Shown: one piece after another, positions 9,805 to 18,039 of the stretch | Layout of the letters: every line of letters starts with the position of its first letter | How positions within the stretch are numbered: the stretch's first letter is position 1 | Source: Acetofilamentum sp. | GTDB taxonomy: Bacteria; Hydrothermota; 32-111 | Assembly (NCBI GenBank): GCA_020721805.1 | Contig: DYMB01000001.1 | Coordinates: forward strand, 43,261 to 107,260 | Length of the DNA: 64,000 nucleotides | Direction of reading: 5' to 3' | Notes under the pieces: model-generated | What the model was told of the DNA's origin: nothing | Database searches by the model: none | What the model saw: the letters and a program-made list of their open reading frames with translations, nothing else | Program-made: the position numbers and the translations under genes

Positions 9805-9817
9805 AAGAGAGGTAAAA

Positions 9818-10396
9818 ATGATAGAGATAAATTTACTTCCCGAAGAAGAAAGAAAGCGAAAAAAGTTGGAATCTGGTATTCCAAAGTTCGGAATAAAGAT
9901 ACCAGCCAATCTGAGTTTTTTTCTAACTCTTGGAATCGGAATTCTAATTTTTATTATAATTTTTATTATTCATTTTTCCCAGATAGGACAGATAGGACAA
10001 CTGAAAAAGAAAATTGCTGAAAAACAGAATGAACTGAAAAAACTGCAGGAAGAGGTTGCAAAAGTTGAAAAAATGAAAGAAAAAGAATCCGAAATCAATT
10101 TAAAAATCGAGACTATAAAAAATTTAGTTAATGATAAATTTTCCTTTGCCCAACTTCTTGATAAAATAAACCAGTTGTTACCAGAATATGTCTGGCTCGA
10201 AGAGTTAACAGTAAAGGAGAAAAAACTTATAATTAAGGGAAAGACTTTTTCAAATCTTATGATAACAGATTTTTTGACAAGTTTAAAAAAAGAGAATGAC
10301 CTGTTTGATAATTTTGTTTTAAAAGATATAGTGAATAAACCTGAAGGGGGATATGATGTTATATCTTTTGAAATAAATTGTACTTTTAAAAAATAG
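9818..10396 (+). CDS. pilN: Type IV pilus assembly protein PilN
   Basis: 192 aa. N-terminus MIEINLLPEEERKRKK (INLLP motif), one TM helix, then coiled coil. Confidence 0.7.
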   Translation: MIEINLLPEEERKRKKLESGIPKFGIKIPANLSFFLTLGIGILIFIIIFIIHFSQIGQIGQLKKKIAEKQNELKKLQEEVAKVEKMKEKESEINLKIETIKNLVNDKFSFAQLLDKINQLLPEYVWLEELTVKEKKLIIKGKTFSNLMITDFLTSLKKENDLFDNFVLKDIVNKPEGGYDVISFEINCTFKK

Positions 10397-10405
10397 AGGT
10401 GTAAG

Positions 10406-10996
10406 ATGGATAGAAACAATTTAATAAAAAGAATTATAACGATACCAATCATCCTCGCCATCCTCTTTGTCTATTGGAAATTTGATTTTTCAAAAAATAC
10501 AAAACAGATCTCAAATTTAAAGCAGGAAAATGACAAATTGAATACACAGTTGAATGAAGCAAAAAAAGTGGCTGCAAGTTTAAGTGAATATTTGAAAAGG
10601 TTAAGAATCCTTGAAAATCAACTTAAAATTGCTAACAAGATGCTCCCGGATTCGCAGATGCTTGAAAGTGCTCTTGATACCCTTACTGTTTTTGCAAACA
10701 AAAATAATGTTAAGATAATGAATATAAAACCGTTAAATGTTAGTGTAACAAATACTTATTCGAGTATCAACCATGAAATTATTTTAAATTCAAACTATTC
10801 TTCTCTTGGGGTCTTTTTAACAGATATCGGAAATCAAAAAAGAATTATTAAAATCAGTAGTATCTCAATAAAGCCTTTAAAAGGTGAAATGGAAGATTTA
10901 CACACGATACAGACTCTTTTGACTTTGTCAACTTATTATAAAGGTCAGGGAGAAACAAAAAAAGAGGAAGGTAAAAATGTTAAAACTAAAAAATAA
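10406..10996 (+). CDS. pilO: Type IV pilus assembly protein PilO-like
   Basis: 196 aa bitopic protein (TM ITIPIILAILFVYW) with a coiled-coil region. Assigned from its position between pilN and pilP. Confidence 0.55.
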   Translation: MDRNNLIKRIITIPIILAILFVYWKFDFSKNTKQISNLKQENDKLNTQLNEAKKVAASLSEYLKRLRILENQLKIANKMLPDSQMLESALDTLTVFANKNNVKIMNIKPLNVSVTNTYSSINHEIILNSNYSSLGVFLTDIGNQKRIIKISSISIKPLKGEMEDLHTIQTLLTLSTYYKGQGETKKEEGKNVKTKK

Positions 10997-11546
10997 AATA
11001 GCACTATTTTTATTACCATTTCTTATTCTTTTTTCAACTATAACTTCCTGTTCAAGAGGTAATCCTGTAAATTCTGCTATAGAGAAATCTTCAAAAATGT
11101 TAACCAACAAAAATAGTAAACAAACTCCACCTACCGAAACCAAATTGTCAGATACTTCACAACAGTTTGAAAATCAGGTTCTGGATTCAATACCATACGA
11201 TACGACAGCGACCCTTCCATTTACAATGGAGACTTATGCTTTTAAAACTAAAAACTATAGGGATCCTTTTGTTTCAATTATGGATCAACAGAGGGATGGT
11301 AAAGCCCAGATAGATATAGAAAGTGCAATATACTATGGTATGATAAAAGGTAAAAATGGAAAACTTGCTTTATTAAAAGATGCTTCAGGTCTTGGTTTTA
11401 TCTTCTATGAAGGGCAGAAGATAAAAAATGGTATATTACTTAAAGTCGATCCTGATTCTGTTATTTTTAAACTTGATGAGTATGGTGTTGTAAGGAATAA
11501 AGTTATAAAGATTACAAAAATTTTGGAAACTAAGAAAAAAAAGTGA
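10977..11546 (+). CDS. pilP: PilP-like lipoprotein
   Basis: 189 aa with lipobox LILFSTITSC. Sits immediately upstream of the secretin gene. Confidence 0.45.
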   Translation: MLKLKNKIALFLLPFLILFSTITSCSRGNPVNSAIEKSSKMLTNKNSKQTPPTETKLSDTSQQFENQVLDSIPYDTTATLPFTMETYAFKTKNYRDPFVSIMDQQRDGKAQIDIESAIYYGMIKGKNGKLALLKDASGLGFIFYEGQKIKNGILLKVDPDSVIFKLDEYGVVRNKVIKITKILETKKKK

Positions 11547-11554
11547 GGTAATAA

Positions 11555-13156
11555 ATGGTTAGAAGAATTTTTGTTTTATTTTTTATCCTTTCTTTATCTC
11601 TCTATGCATACTCTTTGGGTCTTCTTAACGACATAAATGTTAACACTGCGAATGGAAGAACTGAAATAAGATTATCACTCGATAAAGTTGCAAATTTTAC
11701 AGATTTTTCAATAACATCCCCAAACATGATAGTCTTTGATCTGATAGGTATAGACAATGGGTTGAGTGGAGGATATTTTAAAGTTAACAATGGTTCAGGG
11801 ATAATTTCCTTTGAGATTATAAAAGATTATGAAACCAATTTTTTAAGAGTATTGATAGAGACAGATGATAGATACACCTATTCAAAGGAATATAATGGAA
11901 ACGATATAATCATTTACCTAAACAATAAAGTAAGAACGGATATTCCTGTATGGAAAGCAAGTTTACAGCAACCTGAAACCAAACAACAGGAAGAAGGGAT
12001 CACAAAAAAGAATGCAGATTTTTTAATTACCCTTGATGTCGAAAATGCTGATGTTGTAACTCTTTTAAGAGGTATAGCAGACTATGTTGGTGTAAACCTT
12101 GTCGTTTCAAATGCGGTTTCTGGAAGAGTTACCGTACATGTAAAGGAAGTACCATGGAAAGATGTTTTTGATATGGTTACCAAATTAACCGGTTTAACCT
12201 ACCAGGACTATCCAAACATGATAAGGGTTGGAACCTATAAGGAATTTTCATCAGAACAGACAGCCATACAGGATGCTTTACCTTTGGTAACCAAAGTTTA
12301 TCAACTTGAGTATGCAACACCAAAAATTTTACAGAACGCTTTAAAACCCATACTCTCAAAAAGAGGTGTTATAACCATTGATGATAGGACAAATTCTATA
12401 ATAGTAAAGGATATTCAGGAAGTTCATGATAAGGTGGTTGATGTTATAGAGGATCTTGATAAGAAGAATCTTCAGGTTGAAATCGTTGTTAAAGTTGTTG
12501 AGGTACAGCTAAACAACTCCAAGGAATTGGGAGTATCATGGAACCTGAGCAATGTTGGAATAAATGAGGTTGTGGTTGGTGGTGGTATCGGTGGAGTTGC
12601 TCCTTCAAGTGTAACCGCAGGAACAGTTAATATTGGTACAACAAGAGATTTCGGACAATTGAGTGCGAAACTCGATGCACTTGAGGTTGTTGGAAAATCG
12701 AAAACTGTTTCAAATCCAAGAATAACGACAACGAATAATACCGTTGCAAATATTCTTGGAGGTAAAGAATTCTTTTTAACCACCATTAATACTGATGGGA
12801 CCGTAAACTATACAAAATATACTGTTGGAACAATATTGAATGTTATCCCACATGTTAATTCCGCCGAGGATATAACACTTGAGATTGAAGCTGAACTCTC
12901 CACAGTTACAGCTGATGCTGGTGGGCAGCCTATAATTAACAAAACACAGGCTAAAACCGTTCAAATGGTTTTAGACGGAGAAACTGTAGTTATGGGTGGA
13001 TTCATATTAACCGAAGATCAAAGATCTGAAAGTGGAATACCGATTTTAAGAGCGATACCGATAATAGGGCATCTTTTCAAGAGGGATATTTCAAGTAAGA
13101 ACAATAAAGAGGTTCTTATTTTTATAACACCCCATATAATCAGGGATATTAAGTAA
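11555..13156 (+). CDS. pilQ: Type IV pilus secretin PilQ
   Basis: 533 aa with signal peptide and an N-terminal AMIN-like region. The C-terminal secretin domain ends VLIFITPHII. Confidence 0.85.
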   Translation: MVRRIFVLFFILSLSLYAYSLGLLNDINVNTANGRTEIRLSLDKVANFTDFSITSPNMIVFDLIGIDNGLSGGYFKVNNGSGIISFEIIKDYETNFLRVLIETDDRYTYSKEYNGNDIIIYLNNKVRTDIPVWKASLQQPETKQQEEGITKKNADFLITLDVENADVVTLLRGIADYVGVNLVVSNAVSGRVTVHVKEVPWKDVFDMVTKLTGLTYQDYPNMIRVGTYKEFSSEQTAIQDALPLVTKVYQLEYATPKILQNALKPILSKRGVITIDDRTNSIIVKDIQEVHDKVVDVIEDLDKKNLQVEIVVKVVEVQLNNSKELGVSWNLSNVGINEVVVGGGIGGVAPSSVTAGTVNIGTTRDFGQLSAKLDALEVVGKSKTVSNPRITTTNNTVANILGGKEFFLTTINTDGTVNYTKYTVGTILNVIPHVNSAEDITLEIEAELSTVTADAGGQPIINKTQAKTVQMVLDGETVVMGGFILTEDQRSESGIPILRAIPIIGHLFKRDISSKNNKEVLIFITPHIIRDIK

Positions 13157-13160
13157 AAAA

Positions 13161-13186
13161 GGGAAGTATTTAACTTCCCTTTTTTA
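13161..13186 (+). terminator. Rho-independent terminator after pilQ
   Basis: GGGAAGT-ATTTA-ACTTCCC hairpin followed by TTTTTT. Confidence 0.7.
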
Positions 13187-13192
13187 TATAAT

Positions 13193-13834
13193 ATGGATAA
13201 AAGACTTATTCATGTTTTATTTTTTTTTCTTATTTTCTATCTTATAGGTTCTTTCCCATCCGGTTATGTTTTTTTTAAATTGAAGACCAATAAAGATATA
13301 AGAACTTTTGGTAAAAGAAGAAATATAGGTGCCACAAATGTTTTTATCGAGGGTGGACCTTATATTGGAATTTTTACTTTGATCGCTGATATCCTGAAAG
13401 GTGCTATTCCAGTAGTATTTGTAAAATTTTATTATAAGGATAATATATTATCTTCGGAGATGGTAATAATTCTATCAGCACTTTTTGCTGTTCTTGGTCA
13501 TATTTTTCCTATTTTTTTAAATTTTAAAGGTGGTAAAGGACTGGCAACAACTCTTGGAGCATTGCTTGCGATCTTCCCTGAAATTTTGATCTCCTATCTT
13601 TTCATTTTTTTGATTCTTATACCCATCTTTAAAAGGCCTGCTCTTATAGGAATGATTCTCTTTGTCATCTTTCCTTTTATTCTATATTTTCAAAATTATT
13701 CTCAAATATATGTTGGAACAAGTTCTTTTTTTTCAGTCGTTTATCTTTTTATTTCTTTAAATCACATAAAAAGTTTAATAAAGGGGGAAGAATATTGGGA
13801 AGTCTTGAAAAAACTTGAAAATGTTAAGAAATAA
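13193..13834 (+). CDS. plsY: Glycerol-3-phosphate acyltransferase PlsY
   Basis: 213 aa multi-TM protein. GSFPSGY ... GKRRNIGATNVF ... KGGKGLAT are PlsY motifs. Confidence 0.8.
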   Translation: MDKRLIHVLFFFLIFYLIGSFPSGYVFFKLKTNKDIRTFGKRRNIGATNVFIEGGPYIGIFTLIADILKGAIPVVFVKFYYKDNILSSEMVIILSALFAVLGHIFPIFLNFKGGKGLATTLGALLAIFPEILISYLFIFLILIPIFKRPALIGMILFVIFPFILYFQNYSQIYVGTSSFFSVVYLFISLNHIKSLIKGEEYWEVLKKLENVKK

Positions 13835-14168
13835 CTTTTTCCACAATTTCAACAAACGAATCGATGAGGAAAGGTTTCTGAATAAAAAATATTTTTTTGT
13901 TGTCTACTAGTAAAGAGATCTTTTCGGAATTTAAGGATAGTGCCGAGATTATGATTATTTTTTTGTTTTTAAAGGTTTTTATGATCTCATCGGCTGTAGA
14001 GTTATTTATTAAGTAATCGGTTATTATTAAATCAAAGGTATCTATATCTGATCTTTGAAAAAGATCATTTAAATTTTTCTCAGATGAAACTTCAAACTTT
14101 TCTGAAAGTATATCTTGTAAAAGTTCAATTATATCATTATCATCTTCAACCAATAAAATTTTTTTCAT
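13824..14168 (-). CDS. Single-domain response regulator (CheY/PilH-like receiver)
   Basis: Trimmed to MKKILLVEDDNDI ... FDLIITDYL ... KIIIISAL. It has the acidic pocket, a phospho-acceptor Asp and a conserved Lys, and no output domain. The track ORF start at 14234 is probably too long. Confidence 0.75.
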   Translation of the reverse strand: MKKILLVEDDNDIIELLQDILSEKFEVSSEKNLNDLFQRSDIDTFDLIITDYLINNSTADEIIKTFKNKKIIIISALSLNSEKISLLVDNKKIFFIQKPFLIDSFVEIVEKVIS

Positions 14169-14320
14169 TTTACAATATGATAATAACATAATATTTTTAT
14201 ATGTCAAATTTAAATATGATAATTTTGTTAGCATTTTTCTTATCTTTTGTTATATATATTCTTTTAAACCTAACCTTTTAATATTTTGAAGTATTTAATA
14301 ATATAATAATTTTTTTATTA

Positions 14321-15742
14321 ATGTTATGGGGTTTTATTATTATTGACAGTTTTGATTATATTATCTATAATATAAATTTAGAATATGGAGGTTGTTTGAA
14401 CTCTTTTAATATTTATGAGGATGAAATAAAATCTTTACTTGAAGAGATTTCCAAGAATCCCAGATCGAAATCTTTTGTTAAACTTGCCAATATATATTTA
14501 AAATTGAATATGTTGGATGAATCGATAGCTATTTTGAAAGAGGGGTTAAGGTATAATCCCGATAATATATCCGCGCTGATAATTTTAGGAAAGGCATTGA
14601 AAGAGAAAAAATATCTTTCTCAGGCAGCTAAAAATTTTGAAAAAGTTTTAACTCTTGATCCACAGAATATTATAGCAACAGGAGAACTCGCGAATATAAG
14701 AAAAAGAGAGGGAAATCTACAGGAATCTTTAAAACTCTATGATACACTCATTTTTCTTGATCCTTTGAATGAAAATGCGAAAAGAGAGTTAAACTACATT
14801 AAAAATAAACTTGATGAGGAAAAAAGGATAAGAGAGGAAGAGGAAAGAAGAAAAAAAATGAAAGAGGAAGAGAAAATTAAAAAAGAAACAGAAAAAACTC
14901 CTCAAGAGGAAAAGAAGATAGTGGATGATTTTATAATTCAACATTTATCAACCGTTATCAGTTTTGATGAACAGGTGCAAGAGAAAACAGACAAAAAGGT
15001 AATGGATGAAAAAGAAATAAAAGAAGAAGAAATAATTGAAGAATCCAAGGAAGATAAAAATGAAGAGGCGATGCAAGAAAAAACAGAAAAGATAATAGAT
15101 GAGCAGCAATACATAAAAAAAGATGTTGATCCTTTCATTAAAAAAGAAGAAAACGAGAATAAAGAAAACAAAGATTTTATACCATACGAACTTGATGGGA
15201 AAAAAAGATATCAGTATTTTTCAGAAGAAATTGCAAACATTTATGTGGAACAAAAAAAATTTGAAAAGGCTATTCAAATCTATCAGGTTCTTTTAAGACA
15301 GGATCCCGAGAATGAAAAATATGCGCAAAAATTAAGATATTTAAATGATCTTATAATAAAAGTGGAGGTTGATGAAACTATCTTTGAAGAAAAGAAAGAA
15401 ACAAACACTAAAGATAGATCCGAATTTGTTGAAAGGTTAAACAGATCTCTTACGGCTGATGAAATAACCCCTCAGGAAAAAAAGGAAATTGAAGAAAAAT
15501 TTGAAAAAATTGAAGAAAATAGACAGGAAGAGGAAAAAGAGCATAAAGAAGAATTTGAAAAAGAGAATGTAAAAAATGTAATACCTGAAACTAAAAGAAA
15601 CATTGAGAATATAGAAAAAAAGAATGAAGAAAAAATTGAACAAAAAAAAGAAGAGAGAATAGAAAAAGAGGAATCGAAAGATGATAAAATAAAGTATGAT
15701 TTTCAAAAATGGTTAAAAATGATCAATAAAACAAAAAAATAA
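14321..15742 (+). CDS. TPR-repeat protein with long Glu/Lys-rich low-complexity segments
   Basis: Three N-terminal TPRs (KLANIYLKLNMLDESIAILKEGLRYNPDN ...), an EEKRIREEEERRKKMKEEEK-type charged region, another TPR, then a charged tail. The true start may be TTG 14396, because a consensus promoter and SD lie inside the annotated 5' end. Confidence 0.6.
   Translation: MLWGFIIIDSFDYIIYNINLEYGGCLNSFNIYEDEIKSLLEEISKNPRSKSFVKLANIYLKLNMLDESIAILKEGLRYNPDNISALIILGKALKEKKYLSQAAKNFEKVLTLDPQNIIATGELANIRKREGNLQESLKLYDTLIFLDPLNENAKRELNYIKNKLDEEKRIREEEERRKKMKEEEKIKKETEKTPQEEKKIVDDFIIQHLSTVISFDEQVQEKTDKKVMDEKEIKEEEIIEESKEDKNEEAMQEKTEKIIDEQQYIKKDVDPFIKKEENENKENKDFIPYELDGKKRYQYFSEEIANIYVEQKKFEKAIQIYQVLLRQDPENEKYAQKLRYLNDLIIKVEVDETIFEEKKETNTKDRSEFVERLNRSLTADEITPQEKKEIEEKFEKIEENRQEEEKEHKEEFEKENVKNVIPETKRNIENIEKKNEEKIEQKKEERIEKEESKDDKIKYDFQKWLKMINKTKK
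14343..14371 (+). promoter_or_regulatory. Sigma70-type promoter (TTGACA-N17-TATAAT)
   Basis: TTGACA 14343-14348, 17-nt spacer, TATAAT 14366-14371. GGAGG at 14387-14391 and an in-frame TTG at 14396 follow. Confidence 0.45.
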
Positions 15743-15752
15743 TGGAGGTTTA

Positions 15753-16310
15753 ATGACAACTACAGCTGATATAAGAAAAGGATTCACTTTTGAGTATGAA
15801 GGGAAAGTTTATATGGTGATAGATTTTCAACATGTAAAACCAGGAAAGGGTGGCGCTTTTGTAAGAACAAAATTAAGAAATCTTGAGAATGGAAATGTAA
15901 TCGATTTAACTTTTGATTCTGGCAAAGTTTTAAACGAAGTAAAACTTGAAAGGGAAAACTTTCAATACCTTTATAAGGATGGTGATGATTATGTTTTTAT
16001 GAATAATGAAACTTTTGAACAGATCAGCTTAAACGAGGAAATACTGATGGATAAAAGATTTTATTTAAAAGAGAATATGGATGTTACTCTTCTTTCAGTG
16101 AATGGTCAGGTTATAGATATAGAGGTTCCAATATTCGTTGAACTTGAAATCGTTGAAACTGAGCCTGGAGTGAGAGGGAATACTGTATCAGGTGGAAGTA
16201 AACCTGCAGTTTGTGATACAGGCTTGAAGGTTGTTGTTCCACTTTTTCTTAATGTTGGAGATAAGATAAAAATCGATACAAGAACCGGAATATATGTAGA
16301 AAGAGTTTAA
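15753..16310 (+). CDS. efp: Elongation factor P
   Basis: 185 aa. KVYMVIDFQHVKPGKGGAFVRTKLRNL, including the Lys34-equivalent loop. Confidence 0.95.
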   Translation: MTTTADIRKGFTFEYEGKVYMVIDFQHVKPGKGGAFVRTKLRNLENGNVIDLTFDSGKVLNEVKLERENFQYLYKDGDDYVFMNNETFEQISLNEEILMDKRFYLKENMDVTLLSVNGQVIDIEVPIFVELEIVETEPGVRGNTVSGGSKPAVCDTGLKVVVPLFLNVGDKIKIDTRTGIYVERV

Positions 16311-16322
16311 AGAGGAGAGAAT

Positions 16323-17426
16323 ATGGAATTAAAAACACTTTTGGAAAAAATGGTAAAGGATGGTGCATCCGATCTACATCTAAAAGCCGGCACTCCTCCC
16401 ATACTTAGAATAGATGGAAAATTACAGATTTTGAAAGAGGAACCTTTAAGTCCAGATGAGTTAAAAAATATTGCTTTAAAAATAATGACCAAGAGTCAAC
16501 AGGATGAATTTTTAGCAAAAAAGGAACTCGATTTTGCTATAGGTGTTGCTGGATTATCAAGGTTCAGGGTAAATGTGTATTTACAGAGAGGGAGTGTGGC
16601 AATAGCGATGAGGACAATTCCCATCTCGGCAAAATCTATGGATGAATTGAATTTGCCTATAGTATTGAAAGAGATAGCTGAAAAACCAAGAGGATTGATT
16701 TTAACGACCGGAACCACCGGATCCGGAAAATCGACTACACTCGCAGCCATGATAGAGTATATAAACGAAAATTATTCTAAAAATATTATTACCATAGAGG
16801 ATCCGATAGAATATCTTTTTCGAGATAAAAAATCCGTGGTCTCTCAAAGAGAGGTTGGAAACGATACGAATTCGTATGAAAATGCTTTAAAATATGTGTT
16901 AAGACAGGATCCCGATATAATCTTGATGGGTGAAATAAGAGATATCAATACTATGGATGTTGCGATAAAAGCTGCGGATACCGGGCATCTTGTTTTTTCA
17001 ACATTACATACTTTGAACGCATCTGAAACAATTAACAGAATTCTTTCTTTCTATCCACCCCATCAACAACAACATATAAGGGTTCTTCTTGCAACCACAC
17101 TTGTTGCCGTTATATCCTTAAGATTGTTGCCAAGGATAGATGGAAAGGGAAGGGTACCTGCTACCGAAGTGATGATAAACACTCCAACTATAAAAGAATA
17201 CCTTCTCGACCCGATAAAAACTTTATTAATACCAACAGCCATAGAAGAGGGGGAACTATATCAAATGCATACTTTCGATCAGTCTATAATGAAGCTGTAT
17301 AAATCTGGAATAATTTCCTATGAGGAAGCGATACAATCAGTAACCAATGCAGATGAATTCAAGTTAAAACTCAGGGGAATCGAATCTTCTGAGTCAGATT
17401 TTTTAAATGCTATAAAAAACGATTGA
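16323..17426 (+). CDS. pilT: Type IV pilus retraction ATPase PilT
   Basis: 367 aa. Walker A LILTTGTTGSGKSTTLAAMIEYIN, RQDPDIILMGEIRD, and His-box/PilT motifs. Confidence 0.9.
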   Translation: MELKTLLEKMVKDGASDLHLKAGTPPILRIDGKLQILKEEPLSPDELKNIALKIMTKSQQDEFLAKKELDFAIGVAGLSRFRVNVYLQRGSVAIAMRTIPISAKSMDELNLPIVLKEIAEKPRGLILTTGTTGSGKSTTLAAMIEYINENYSKNIITIEDPIEYLFRDKKSVVSQREVGNDTNSYENALKYVLRQDPDIILMGEIRDINTMDVAIKAADTGHLVFSTLHTLNASETINRILSFYPPHQQQHIRVLLATTLVAVISLRLLPRIDGKGRVPATEVMINTPTIKEYLLDPIKTLLIPTAIEEGELYQMHTFDQSIMKLYKSGIISYEEAIQSVTNADEFKLKLRGIESSESDFLNAIKND

Positions 17427-17433
17427 GGTTGTT

Positions 17434-18039
17434 ATGTCACTTGTCAATTATGCAAAAAAAGAAATAATCTGTAAAATAGTTTACTATGGTCCAGGTAGAT
17501 CAGGAAAAACCACAAATCTTCAATACATCTATAGTAAAATTCCACCAGAGAAAAGAGGAGAGATGACTTCACTCGCAACTGAAATGGACAGAACATTATT
17601 TTTTGATTTTCTTCCATTAGATGTGGGAAGGGTTGGTAATTTCAACGCAAAATTTCAACTTTATACCGTTCCCGGACAGGTTTACTATGATTCAACAAGA
17701 AAACTTGTATTACAGGGAGCCGATGGCGTTGTTTTCGTAATAGATTCACAAGCGGATAGGATGGAAGATAACATTGAATCCTTCGAAAATTTTATAATTA
17801 ATTTAAAAGAAAATAATCTATCCATAGAAAACATACCTCTTATCATACAATATAACAAAAGGGATCTTCCAACTTCACTGGATACCGAAACGATAAAAAC
17901 TACATTACAATTAAAAAATGAATGGAAAAGTTTTGAATCTGTTGCTACCAGAGGAATTGGTGTTCTTGAAACTTTGAAAGAATCAATGTTTTCAGTTATT
18001 AAAAATCTTACCAGCAAATTTGAAAAGAATAAGAGATGA
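17434..18039 (+). CDS. mglA: Ras-like small GTPase MglA
   Basis: 201 aa. Near-colinear match to Myxococcus MglA: INYxxxEIxCKIVYYGPGxxGKTTNLQYIY ... DRTLFFDFLPL ... LYTVPGQVYYD ... IPxxIQYNKRDLP. Confidence 0.9.
   Translation: MSLVNYAKKEIICKIVYYGPGRSGKTTNLQYIYSKIPPEKRGEMTSLATEMDRTLFFDFLPLDVGRVGNFNAKFQLYTVPGQVYYDSTRKLVLQGADGVVFVIDSQADRMEDNIESFENFIINLKENNLSIENIPLIIQYNKRDLPTSLDTETIKTTLQLKNEWKSFESVATRGIGVLETLKESMFSVIKNLTSKFEKNKR

Noticed and set aside
9971-10002. Short tandem repeat CAGATAGGA CAGATAGGA inside pilN, considered as a possible CRISPR or repeat element
   Set aside because: Only two 9-nt units, in frame within a coding region (encodes QIGQIGQ). There are no spacers and no cas genes, so this is not a CRISPR array.
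15437-15706. 89-aa poly-Phe ORF on the minus strand (and similar antisense ORFs at 14938-15171, 171-404, 24585-24977, 62054-62439)
   Set aside because: These are complements of Glu/Lys-rich (GAA/AAG) coding stretches of real plus-strand genes. They are low-complexity, lack RBSs and lie fully inside better-supported genes.
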